Assembly (NCBI GenBank): GCA_937991435.1
Contig: CALKPY010000094.1
Coordinates: forward strand, 15,262 to 79,261
Reading direction: 5' to 3'
Source: an uncultured Acidimicrobiales bacterium
GTDB lineage: Bacteria > Actinomycetota > Acidimicrobiia > Acidimicrobiales > UBA10347
DNA length: 64,000 nucleotides
Under the pieces are notes generated by a model. It saw only the letters and a list, made by a program, of their open reading frames with translations. It searched no databases and was not told where the DNA came from. Positions 45,355-53,927 of the stretch are shown one piece after another. The position numbers and the translations under genes are program-made. Position 1 is the first letter of the stretch, and the number at the start of each line of letters is the position of its first letter.

Positions 45355-45360
45355 CCGCTG

Positions 45361-46143
45361 TTATTGAGCGGTCCAACCGCCATCGACCGTGACCGTTTGA
45401 CCGGTCATATAGCTCGAAGCATCGCTCGCCAACAGCAGCAGTGCGCCGTCGAGTTCGTGCAGCTCACCCGGCCGCCGCATTGGCGTGCGTTTGGTGATGT
45501 AGCCATAGCCCATAGCCGGGTCATCGGGATCCATCATCGGCTCGGTGAGTTCGCTCGGGAAATACCCCGGCGCAAGCGAGTTGACCCGAATGTTGTGTCG
45601 AGCCCATTGACCTGCGAGCTCACGGGTCAACCCGATCAGCCCGCTCTTGCTTGCGACATAGGCCGCCTGGTTGTTCGGGGCTGATGCCACCAACCCATGC
45701 ACCGACGCGACGTTGATAATCGACCCACCTGATTGCGTAGCGATCATCTCGCGTGCCGCGGACCGTGCTACCAGGAAGCACGAATTCAGATTGATATCGA
45801 CCACGCGGGCGAATTCGTCAGCCGTTTCCGTTTCAGCATTGGCCGGCGCATCGCTGACTCCTGCGTTGTTGATGACAACGTCAAGTCGACCGAACCGGTC
45901 ATAGGCACAACCGATCAATGCTTCGATATCGGCTTCGATTCCTACATCGCACCGTTGCGCGACCACGCCGTCGGTCGATGCTGCCAGTTCATCGAGCCGA
46001 TCGACCCGTCGGGCCGCAGCGACGACGTGCATGCCAGCCGCAGCAAGCACTCGCACCATGTGTTCGCCAATGCCACTTGACGCTCCGGTAACGATGGCGA
46101 CACGGCCTGTTACGCCAAAGATCTCGTCTGCGGTTCTCGTCAT
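45361..46143 (-). CDS. SDR-family oxidoreductase
   Basis: RVAIVTGASSGIG, NNAG and YVASKSG motifs. Start re-set to MTRTADE (46143). Confidence 0.85.
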   Translation of the reverse strand: MTRTADEIFGVTGRVAIVTGASSGIGEHMVRVLAAAGMHVVAAARRVDRLDELAASTDGVVAQRCDVGIEADIEALIGCAYDRFGRLDVVINNAGVSDAPANAETETADEFARVVDINLNSCFLVARSAAREMIATQSGGSIINVASVHGLVASAPNNQAAYVASKSGLIGLTRELAGQWARHNIRVNSLAPGYFPSELTEPMMDPDDPAMGYGYITKRTPMRRPGELHELDGALLLLASDASSYMTGQTVTVDGGWTAQ

Positions 46144-46194
46144 TGGTGCGATGTTAGGAGCGCTGCGACGGCCGACGTAAGCCGGCACAAGAAA

Positions 46195-47013
46195 TCAACC
46201 CGAATAGTCGGCCCACCACGCGTCAAGGCGGGCTTCGGTCGCAGTCACGTCGAGGTCGGGTTCAGACCGCTTCAGCTCAAGCAAGAACCGCAACGCTTGA
46301 CCGATCTCGCGCCCAGGCGCCAGACCGAGACGTTCCATAACTGCTGCTCCGTCGAGAAGCGGGCGTTCGGCCTTGCGACGTTCTTCGGCTGCGAGTTCAA
46401 TAATGCGCTCTTCAATATCATCGACGTGGTGATGAAGCTCGAGGCGTTTTCGCTGGTTGCGCGTCGTGCAATCGCTGCGCACAAGTTCATTGAGTAGTCC
46501 CAGTAGGTGTCCCGCATCTCGCGCGTAACGGCGCACGGCTGAGTCGCTCCAACCGCCGGCATAGCCCTTGAATCGACCGCTCAGCCTGACGAGTTCGGTC
46601 ACATCGCTAACGACCTGCTCGGGGTATTCAAGCTCGGTCAGCCGCTTCTCGGTCATGCGAGCCCCAACGGCCTCGTGATGACGGAAGGTCACACCTTGTT
46701 CGTCGATACGCCGAGTGCGAGGTTTGCCAATGTCGTGAAACAACGCAGCGAGACGAAGGACCAGATCAGCACGAGTCTTCGATGTCACCGCGATCGTGTG
46801 GGCCAACACGTCTTTGTGCTTGTGGATCGGGTCCTGTTCGAGCGCCAGCGCGGGCAGCTCAGGAATGATTTTCTCGGCATCGCCAGACTCGACAAGTTGC
46901 CACAACGCGTTGCGCGGATCTTCTTCAAGTAGCACGGCGGAAAGACGCTCACGGCCGGTTGCGGCCTCGACGATCATCGACACCCCGACAGTGTGCCCGA
47001 TCCAATGACGCAA
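46195..47013 (-). CDS. HD-domain protein equal to the C-terminal part of a CCA-adding tRNA nucleotidyltransferase (no polymerase head)
   Basis: IPELPALALEQDPIHKHKDVLAHTIAV...LRLAALFHDIGKPRTRR...FRHHEAVGARM...SAVRRYARDAG...LVRSDCTTRN matches the HD half of actinobacterial PcnA/CCA enzymes. The start is uncertain. Confidence 0.7.
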   Translation of the reverse strand: MRHWIGHTVGVSMIVEAATGRERLSAVLLEEDPRNALWQLVESGDAEKIIPELPALALEQDPIHKHKDVLAHTIAVTSKTRADLVLRLAALFHDIGKPRTRRIDEQGVTFRHHEAVGARMTEKRLTELEYPEQVVSDVTELVRLSGRFKGYAGGWSDSAVRRYARDAGHLLGLLNELVRSDCTTRNQRKRLELHHHVDDIEERIIELAAEERRKAERPLLDGAAVMERLGLAPGREIGQALRFLLELKRSEPDLDVTATEARLDAWWADYSG

Positions 47014-47042
47014 GCCTGCCCCCCATCACTACCCTCGGGGCC

Positions 47043-48206
47043 ATGAAAGCGCTGCTGTTCGAGCGACGAGAATCCCGATACGCCGCAGCCATGATCGCGT
47101 CAAAGTTCTCGCCCGCGGCCGGTGCCCTCGCCGGACCACTGCGACTGGCCGATATCGACGAGCCTGAGCTTCCAGGCATCGACTTCAAACGCATCACTCC
47201 CCGGCTGTCGGGTATCTGCGGAAGCGATCTGTCTACGCTCGCTGGCGCAACTTCTCGCTACTTCGAAGCGCTCGTCTCGTTCCCGTTTGTTATGGGTCAC
47301 GAAGTCGTCGGCACAACCGAAAGCGGCAACCGCATCGTTCTCGACGCCGTGCTAGGGCACGCAGCACGCGGCGAAGATCCTCCACACCCCGGAGCTGCAC
47401 CGGCCGATGGCCTCGACCACGGCCACCTCATTGGCGGCCAGCTCGAACCCGGTCTGCAGACTGGCAGTTGCGAAAGCACAAGCGGTGGCTGGTCAGAGTC
47501 GATGATCGCTCATGAGAGCCAACTGCATGTGGTGCCTGACTCGATGACCGATGAACACGCGCTCATGATCGAACCCGCAGCTGGGGGGCTCCACGCCGCG
47601 CTCAAGGCCAACGTGCCTGACGGCGGCATTGTCGCGGTGCTTGGCGCCGGAACAATCGGCGCTTGCGTTGTTGCCGCGTTGCGAACCCACGCACCAACTG
47701 CTCGAATCGTTGCTACTGCCAAGTACCCCGAACAGCGAGCGCTCGTTTCAGAGCTCGGCGCTGACCTTGTGGTTGGTCCAGGCGAGATCCGCAGGGCGCT
47801 TCGCCGCATGACCGCGAGTCGCATGATTGGCTCGGTTCTGTCAGGCGGTGCCGATGTTGTCATCGACGCGGTCGGAAGCGCCTCGTCGCTCGACGACGCC
47901 ATCGCCATCACCCGGCCACGCGGCAGGGTCGTTGTGTGCGGAATGCCCGGCGTCGTCGAAGTCGACCTCGCTCCTTTGTGGCATCGCGAGACTGAACTTG
48001 TCGGCGCCTATGCCTATGGCACCGAAGAACTAGCCGACGGCACGCGCACCCACACCTTTGACCTGGCCCACGACCTCGTCGAGGCCTGCAACTTGGGCCG
48101 AATGGTCACGGCCACGTACCCGTTGTCGCAGTACAAGCAAGCCATCAGACACGCTTCCGAAGCTGGTTCCCGCGGTGCGTTCAAGATCGCGTTCGACCTG
48201 CGCTGA
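47043..48206 (+). CDS. zinc-dependent MDR-family alcohol dehydrogenase-like protein
   Basis: GICGSDL...GHEVVG catalytic Zn motif and the Rossmann motif VLGAGTIG. Start re-set to ATG 47043. Confidence 0.8.
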   Translation: MKALLFERRESRYAAAMIASKFSPAAGALAGPLRLADIDEPELPGIDFKRITPRLSGICGSDLSTLAGATSRYFEALVSFPFVMGHEVVGTTESGNRIVLDAVLGHAARGEDPPHPGAAPADGLDHGHLIGGQLEPGLQTGSCESTSGGWSESMIAHESQLHVVPDSMTDEHALMIEPAAGGLHAALKANVPDGGIVAVLGAGTIGACVVAALRTHAPTARIVATAKYPEQRALVSELGADLVVGPGEIRRALRRMTASRMIGSVLSGGADVVIDAVGSASSLDDAIAITRPRGRVVVCGMPGVVEVDLAPLWHRETELVGAYAYGTEELADGTRTHTFDLAHDLVEACNLGRMVTATYPLSQYKQAIRHASEAGSRGAFKIAFDLR

Positions 48207-48240
48207 GCTGATTAAGGGCCGCACAGTCGCGGCAGTGACA

Positions 48241-48273
48241 CGTTCAGGTCCGCCGAAGAGTCTGACCTGAACG
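48241..48273. terminator. perfect 10-bp hairpin between convergent genes
   Basis: CGTTCAGGTC (48241-48250), a 13-nt loop, then GACCTGAACG (48264-48273). There is no clear U-tract. Confidence 0.45.
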
Positions 48274-48275
48274 CA

Positions 48276-48650
48276 TTACGGCTCTCGCACGTTCAATTCC
48301 ACTCGAATGCCATTCGGGTCAGTAACAAATATCTGGGTCAGCCCCAGCTCCGGCCGTACTCTGGATCGGTACTCAACCCCTCGGTCGTCAAGCATTGCCG
48401 TCAACTCGCCGAACCCGTCAGCCTCGAATGCGACGTGGTTAAACGCACCGGTCGTAGCCGGTTTGGGTTCATCGAGGAAGTTCAAGTGGATGACCGCCCG
48501 GTCTCCGGCAAACAACCATGCGCCGGGAAAGTCGAACGCCGGACGTTCCTGCGGCCGATTCTCGAGCCCCAATAACTCGGTGTAGAAGTCGAGTGTTTCG
48601 TCTGGCTTCGCGGTGTCAATGTTGATGTGGTCCAAGCCCCAAATGCTCAT
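48276..48650 (-). CDS. VOC/glyoxalase-family protein
   Basis: LDHINIDTAKPDETLDFYTELLGL...FNHVAFEA. Confidence 0.75.
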   Translation of the reverse strand: MSIWGLDHINIDTAKPDETLDFYTELLGLENRPQERPAFDFPGAWLFAGDRAVIHLNFLDEPKPATTGAFNHVAFEADGFGELTAMLDDRGVEYRSRVRPELGLTQIFVTDPNGIRVELNVREP

Positions 48651-48701
48651 CGCATGACCGTAGATCACTACGCTTCGAACAACGCTCTCAGGGGGAACAT
48701 C

Positions 48702-49367
48702 ATGGCAACACTCGGACTTTCAGTTGATCACGCACTGCACACCACACGAGCAGTGCGTAAGCGTCTCGACTTTGACAAGCCACTTGAAAAGGAACTGATC
48801 GTCGAGTGCCTCGAAGCCGCTGTGCAATCACCCACTGGATCCAACAGCCAGGCATGGCAGTGGCTCGTGGTCACCGACTCCGACAAAAAGGCGGCGCTCG
48901 CCGAGCTGTACCGACAGGCTTGGGATGTCTACACAACAATGGACGGAAATGCAGCGACCGCCTATGACGGCGCCGACACCGCTCGAGTCGCGCAGCAGAA
49001 CCGGGTGCAGAACTCAGCGTCATATCTCGCAGAGAACTTTCATCGAGTGCCCGCAATGCTTATTCCGTGCATGCCTGGGCGGTTCGAGGGCATGCCCAAC
49101 ATGGTCACCGCATCGACCATGGGCTCGATCTTGCCAGGTGTATGGAGCTTCATGATCGCCGCTCGCGAACGTGGTCTCGGAACCGCGTGGACAACCCTGC
49201 ATCTCATGCACGAAGAAGCCGCTGCCGACATCCTCGGCATTCCGTTTGCCGAGGTCACCCAATGCGCCTTAGTCACAATCGGCCACAGCATCGGTACTGA
49301 CTTCAAGCCAGCGAAACGCCCGCCGCTCGAAACCGTCGCCCACTGGGATTCGTGGGGTAGCCGCTGA
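48702..49367 (+). CDS. nitroreductase family protein
   Basis: TTRAVRKRLDFDKPL...SPTGSNSQAWQWLVV. It is a paralogue of 40465..41097. Start re-set to MATLGL (48702). Confidence 0.8.
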   Translation: MATLGLSVDHALHTTRAVRKRLDFDKPLEKELIVECLEAAVQSPTGSNSQAWQWLVVTDSDKKAALAELYRQAWDVYTTMDGNAATAYDGADTARVAQQNRVQNSASYLAENFHRVPAMLIPCMPGRFEGMPNMVTASTMGSILPGVWSFMIAARERGLGTAWTTLHLMHEEAAADILGIPFAEVTQCALVTIGHSIGTDFKPAKRPPLETVAHWDSWGSR

Positions 49368-49371
49368 GCGG

Positions 49372-50202
49372 CTACTTCGAGACCTGGCTAAATCGGCGAA
49401 TCGCCATCGTGGCGAAAATCACCGTGATCAGCCCCGTCCAGCCGAGAGCCCACCAAAGATCCGGTGACGGATCGAGACCGTTGTACAGCGCTCTCGCGGC
49501 GTTGGTTAGGCGCGTGAACGGATTGTGCTTGGCCACCGGTTGCAGCCACCCCGGCATCGTGCTCGGGTCCACAAAGGCCGAGGAAACAAACGTGAGCGGG
49601 AACATCCAGGTAAACGAGGCCGCGTTGGCTGCCTCGACCGAACCGACGCTCAATCCGATCCAGGCCTGAATCCAACTAAATGAATAGCTGAAGGCCAGCA
49701 TCAACAACGAGCCGCCAATCGCGCCGGCGATTGACCCTTCGAATCGGAAGCCGAGCACGAAGGCAACCGCCAGCATGACCACAAAGGTGAGCACGTTGCG
49801 CACAAGATCTGAAAACGTGCGACCGACCAGCACCGCCGAACGAGCAATTGGCAGGGAACGAAGCCGATCTATCAGCCCTTTGCTCAGATCTTCAGCCAAT
49901 CCAACAGCAGTGAATGAGGAACCAAATACAACCGTCTGGGCAAAGATGCCGGGCATAAGAAATTGGTCATAGTCGGCAAAGCCGGGAACCTCGATCGCTC
50001 CACCGAACACGACAGAGAACAACAGCACGAACATGACGGGTTGAATAACGACAAAGCCGAGCACCTCGGGGTTGCGAGGCATGATGCGCAAATGGCGGCC
50101 TGCTTCGGTTGCGGCGTCGCGTAGCCCGTCAGCCAGCGTCAATGAGGTCGCAGGATCAGAACCCACGTCGCTCAAGGCACGAGAAGAGTTGTCGATCGTC
50201 AT
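49372..50202 (-). CDS. ABC-2 type exporter permease (DrrB-like)
   Basis: 276 aa with 6 TM and an ABC-2 pattern. It lies downstream of the ATPase. Confidence 0.85.
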   Translation of the reverse strand: MTIDNSSRALSDVGSDPATSLTLADGLRDAATEAGRHLRIMPRNPEVLGFVVIQPVMFVLLFSVVFGGAIEVPGFADYDQFLMPGIFAQTVVFGSSFTAVGLAEDLSKGLIDRLRSLPIARSAVLVGRTFSDLVRNVLTFVVMLAVAFVLGFRFEGSIAGAIGGSLLMLAFSYSFSWIQAWIGLSVGSVEAANAASFTWMFPLTFVSSAFVDPSTMPGWLQPVAKHNPFTRLTNAARALYNGLDPSPDLWWALGWTGLITVIFATMAIRRFSQVSK

Positions 50203-50221
50203 GGCGTCTCTGACGAGTTGG

Positions 50222-51193
50222 TCATGATGTCTCCGACGAGTTATGGGTATCGGCTTCGGCCCTATGTCCAGTCAGGCTCAAGAAGACATCATCGAGCGTC
50301 GGACGGCGTACCTCAACATCGCGCACGTCAGCGCCGCAGTCATCAAGCGCCCTAATCGCCTGAGGCACGACGCCGCCGCCCGCTTTGATCGGTGCAAGCA
50401 GTGTTGTTGTGCTTCCTGATTCAAGCTCAATCGGCCCGGTCACCAGCGGTCCGAGTGCTTCACGGGCTGACGCCAGATTTGACGGATCGAAAATGCTGAC
50501 CCGAATCTTGTCGCCGCCGATGCGGTCCTTGAGCTGATCAACCGTTCCCTCGGCAATTTTGGCACCCCGATCAATAACGACAACGGAGTCGGCCAGGCGA
50601 TCAGCTTCTTCGAGGTACTGGGTTGTCAACACAACCGTTGTGCCATCACTACTGAGCTCCTCGATGACCTGCCACATGCCGAGTCGACTTCGAGGGTCAA
50701 GGCCGGTCGTCGGCTCGTCGAGAAACAACACCGACGGGCGCGCCACGAGGCTCATGGCGATGTCGAGCCGGCGCCGCATGCCGCCCGAATAGGTCTTGGC
50801 TATGCGATCGGCTGATTCGACCAGGTCAAAGCGTTGAAGCAGCTGGTTCGCTCTGGCAGACCGCTTCGGCCGGTCAAGCCTGAAAAACGAACCGACGAGT
50901 TCAAGATTCTCACGCCCGCTCAGGCGCTCTTCGACCGCGGCGTACTGGCCGGTGAGTCCAATACGTGAGCGCACAGCCTGTGCCTGCGTTACAACGTCGT
51001 GCCCTGCGACCTCGGCAGAGCCTGAATCTGGTCGTAGCAGCGTGGTCAAGATGCGAACAGCCGTCGTCTTGCCAGCGCCGTTAGGGCCGAGCAGACCCAG
51101 CACTGTTCCAGTTGGAACCTCGAGGTCGAGACCATCGAGCGCCCGCGTCTGGTCATATGTCTTGACCAGTCCGCTGGCCCGCACCGCATACAC
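50222..51193 (-). CDS. ABC transporter ATP-binding protein (DrrA-like)
   Basis: Walker A GPNGAGKTT, signature YSGGMRRRL and Walker B VLFLDEPT. I chose GTG 51193 because it puts Walker A at residue ~36. The ORF-track ATG at 51292 is an alternative. Confidence 0.85.
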   Translation of the reverse strand: MYAVRASGLVKTYDQTRALDGLDLEVPTGTVLGLLGPNGAGKTTAVRILTTLLRPDSGSAEVAGHDVVTQAQAVRSRIGLTGQYAAVEERLSGRENLELVGSFFRLDRPKRSARANQLLQRFDLVESADRIAKTYSGGMRRRLDIAMSLVARPSVLFLDEPTTGLDPRSRLGMWQVIEELSSDGTTVVLTTQYLEEADRLADSVVVIDRGAKIAEGTVDQLKDRIGGDKIRVSIFDPSNLASAREALGPLVTGPIELESGSTTTLLAPIKAGGGVVPQAIRALDDCGADVRDVEVRRPTLDDVFLSLTGHRAEADTHNSSETS

Positions 51194-51236
51194 GCCAGAA
51201 ACCGTAGCTAGTCGTACACGAGTCGACACGACGCTG

Positions 51237-52013
51237 ATGGTCGCAACCCACGAGTTAGCCTCAGCTCGAGTGACCACCGAATCTGACAACATTGAGCTAT
51301 TCGACCTGGCCGATGCCCCTCAAACAGCACTCGTGGTCGTCGCTCACCCTGACGACATCGACTTTGGCATTGCCGGCACAGTTGCTGCGCTGTCAGGAGC
51401 GGGCACGACCGTGACCTATGCGCTCTGCACGTCAGGTGAGGCAGGCATTCCCGAAGAAATGGACCGGTCAAAGCTCGCCGCACTTCGTCAAGCCGAGCAA
51501 CGGACCGCCGCAGCTGCTGTCGGCGTTACCGATGTTCGCTTCCTGGACATGCCAGACGGCCACCTCGAGGCCAATCTTGAGCTTCGTGCCGCAATAAGTC
51601 GAGTCATCCGACAGACCAAGCCCCAAGTGGTCATTTCGCAGAGCCCCGAACGGCGCTACGACAGCATCTACGCGTCGCATCCCGATCATCTGGCGTCTGG
51701 GGAGGCCACGATCGCGGCTGTGTATCCCGACGCCCGGAATCCCCACGCCCACACCCACTTGCTGGCCGAGGGACATAAGCCGCATGCGGTTTCACACATC
51801 TGGATCGCCGGCGGACCAAATCCAAATTTGGCTGTCGACATCACCACCCACATCGACGCCAAGGCCGCCGCGCTCTCAAGCCATTCGAGCCAGATCAGCT
51901 CGATTGACGATGTTCAAGCCATGTTGCATGGGTGGGCAACCGAGACCGCGACACGCCACAATCTGTCCGAACGAGCGCCGCTTGTCGAAGTATTTACAAA
52001 GGTGAACACATGA
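51237..52013 (+). CDS. PIG-L/LmbE-family deacetylase (MshB/Mca-like)
   Basis: ALVVVAHPDDIDFG...HPDH motifs. The start (ATG 51237 or GTG 51270) is uncertain. Confidence 0.8.
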   Translation: MVATHELASARVTTESDNIELFDLADAPQTALVVVAHPDDIDFGIAGTVAALSGAGTTVTYALCTSGEAGIPEEMDRSKLAALRQAEQRTAAAAVGVTDVRFLDMPDGHLEANLELRAAISRVIRQTKPQVVISQSPERRYDSIYASHPDHLASGEATIAAVYPDARNPHAHTHLLAEGHKPHAVSHIWIAGGPNPNLAVDITTHIDAKAAALSSHSSQISSIDDVQAMLHGWATETATRHNLSERAPLVEVFTKVNT

Positions 52014-52035
52014 ACGGGGTAAAACACATGAACGG
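52005..52035. repeat. 13-nt direct repeat (period 18) spanning a stop codon
   Basis: AACACATGAACGG at 52005-52017 (contains the TGA stop of the PIG-L gene) and again at 52023-52035. Confidence 0.9.
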
Positions 52036-52044
52036 ATTGCCTTC

Positions 52045-52386
52045 ATGAGCGGCCTTGTCGCCATCGTCACCGTCGTGATCGTGCTCGCTGCGATCGGGTA
52101 TGTCTGGTTCCGCCTCAGCACCGACGCGTCGAACTCGGCCGATGGATCAGCCGGCTCGGTGCTCGATGCCGGTGAAGAGGTTCGGCGCGTCGACCTCGGC
52201 ACCAACACCTTCGTGGCTCAAGAGGCACATGCCACCCTCGAAAGCGAAGGAATCAAATGCCGCACCGTCAGCCTTGAGGACGGCGCATTTGGTATCGGCA
52301 TGGGCGAACACTGGTACCTCGTGTACAACGCCGAAGACGAAGCGCGCGTACTCACAGTCGTCGACGAACTTCTTGAAGATTCGTGA
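52045..52386 (+). CDS. hypothetical membrane-anchored protein
   Basis: 113 aa with an N-terminal TM (LVAIVTVVIVLAAIGYVWF) and a small alpha/beta domain. Confidence 0.45.
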   Translation: MSGLVAIVTVVIVLAAIGYVWFRLSTDASNSADGSAGSVLDAGEEVRRVDLGTNTFVAQEAHATLESEGIKCRTVSLEDGAFGIGMGEHWYLVYNAEDEARVLTVVDELLEDS

Positions 52387-52429
52387 TGCTGATCGCCTGA
52401 ACCGCCCCGCCCCGGTCGGCTATGTCGAG

Positions 52430-53095
52430 TTACGGAGCCAACCGTTCGATGTGCCAAGAAGCGTCGGCCCACCGGTAACGCAATCGGTCATGCAAGCGAC
52501 TTGGTCGGCCTTGCCAAAACTCAAACAACACCGGTGACACGCGGTAGCCGCCCCAGAAGGGCGGTCGTGGAATCTCGCCCTCACCGAAACGGGCGACCAC
52601 ATCGGTCACCGCACGCTCGAGCACCGATCGGTCAGCTATCAGATCGCTCTGAGGTGATGCCCACGCGCCTAGTTGGCTAGCTCGGGGACGAGAAGCGAAG
52701 TACTCGTCAGCCTCACTCGCTGCTACCCGGGTAACCGTACCGACGACGCGTACTTGGCGGTGGACTGACAGCCAGCTGAACAGCAGGCTCGCACGTTGGG
52801 CTGATTCAAGCTCACCAGCCTTCGCGCTCTCGAGGTTCGTGTAAAAGGCGAAGCCTCGCTCGTCGACCCCCTTGACGAGAACATTGCGCGCTTGTGGCCA
52901 ACCGCCTTCGTCGACTGTCGCCACCACCATGGCATTTGGCTCGTACACCCCTGATTCGCTGGCGTGGGTGAACCACTGCCGCCATTGTGCGACCGGGTCA
53001 GGATTCATCGTGTCAGGATCAATCGCGCCGACGTCGTACTCCTCGCGAAGTGAGGCGAGATCCAATGAGTCAGCATCGTCCATGGACACAGTCAA
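52430..53095 (-). CDS. pdxH: pyridoxamine 5'-phosphate oxidase
   Basis: RNVLVKGVDERGFAFYTNLESAKAGEL and the C-terminal FEFWQGRPSRLHDRLRY. Confidence 0.9.
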   Translation of the reverse strand: MTVSMDDADSLDLASLREEYDVGAIDPDTMNPDPVAQWRQWFTHASESGVYEPNAMVVATVDEGGWPQARNVLVKGVDERGFAFYTNLESAKAGELESAQRASLLFSWLSVHRQVRVVGTVTRVAASEADEYFASRPRASQLGAWASPQSDLIADRSVLERAVTDVVARFGEGEIPRPPFWGGYRVSPVLFEFWQGRPSRLHDRLRYRWADASWHIERLAP

Positions 53096-53115
53096 CCATC
53101 GCTAGGTTCGTCCCC

Positions 53116-53583
53116 ATGCCACGTTCCCTGTTCAGCGCTGCAGATTTGGCTGCAATCGCGGGCGGTGGCGTGGTTGGCGCAACTGTTCGCCGATTGGTGA
53201 CCGGCTGGCTCGCGCCCGAACCCTCCACCCTTGATACCTGGTTTGCCTATGCATCCAGCGCGTCGGCTAGCGCTACACCGTTCGACTGGTCGACGATTGC
53301 CGTCAATCTCACGGGCTGCCTTTTGCTCGGCGTAGCCGTAGCGCTCATGACAGGAGCCGTTGGTGTACGTCGACGAGCGCTGCTCGCCGCAAGCACAGGA
53401 TTCTGCGGAAGCTTGACCACATTTTCGACATTCGCCGTCGATGTGGCCACCAAGCTGCAGCCCTCGGCGCCGACCGGATCATGGCGAGAAGGGTTGTCCT
53501 ACATTTTCCTCAGTGTGCTCGGCGGCGCTGCGCTGTTTGCAATCGGGCGCATGGGTACCCGGCGCTGGGTGGTTTCTCAATGA
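53116..53583 (+). CDS. crcB: fluoride channel CrcB/FluC (copy 1, with a longer N-terminus)
   Basis: 4 TM. NLTGCLLLG...GFCGSLTTFSTF motifs. Start re-set to ATG 53116. Confidence 0.8.
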   Translation: MPRSLFSAADLAAIAGGGVVGATVRRLVTGWLAPEPSTLDTWFAYASSASASATPFDWSTIAVNLTGCLLLGVAVALMTGAVGVRRRALLAASTGFCGSLTTFSTFAVDVATKLQPSAPTGSWREGLSYIFLSVLGGAALFAIGRMGTRRWVVSQ

Positions 53584-53927
53584 CGGCTGTTGCGTTTGTG
53601 CTCGTTGCGGTTGTCGCCACGTTGCTCCGTGTGTTCGCAACGAGTGGGCAACCTGCCACTGTGCTTCCGTGGCGAACCTTGGCAGTCAACGTGACTGGGT
53701 CGGCGCTACTCGGACTGTGGGTCGGCGCAGGATGGTCAAACCAAATTGTGATCACCGTCGCTGGGCTCGGGTCGTTCACCACGTTTTCAACCGTTGCCGC
53801 CGAGTCAGCAGCGCTGCTCGATAATCGCGCTCGTTCCACCGCTGTCGCCTACCTTGGACTCACCCTGATCCTCGGGGTGGCAGCCGCACTGCTTGGCCTC
53901 GAAGTTGGAGACGTAATCGATGCATGA
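53580..53927 (+). CDS. crcB: fluoride channel CrcB/FluC (copy 2)
   Basis: NVTGSALLGL...GLGSFTTFSTV motifs. ATGA overlap with copy 1. Confidence 0.8.
   Translation: MTAVAFVLVAVVATLLRVFATSGQPATVLPWRTLAVNVTGSALLGLWVGAGWSNQIVITVAGLGSFTTFSTVAAESAALLDNRARSTAVAYLGLTLILGVAAALLGLEVGDVIDA

Noticed and set aside
53096-53115. A fluoride riboswitch upstream of crcB.
   Set aside because: Only about 20 nt separate crcB-1 from the divergent pdxH start. That leaves no room for the ~60-nt crcB motif, and no matching sequence is visible.
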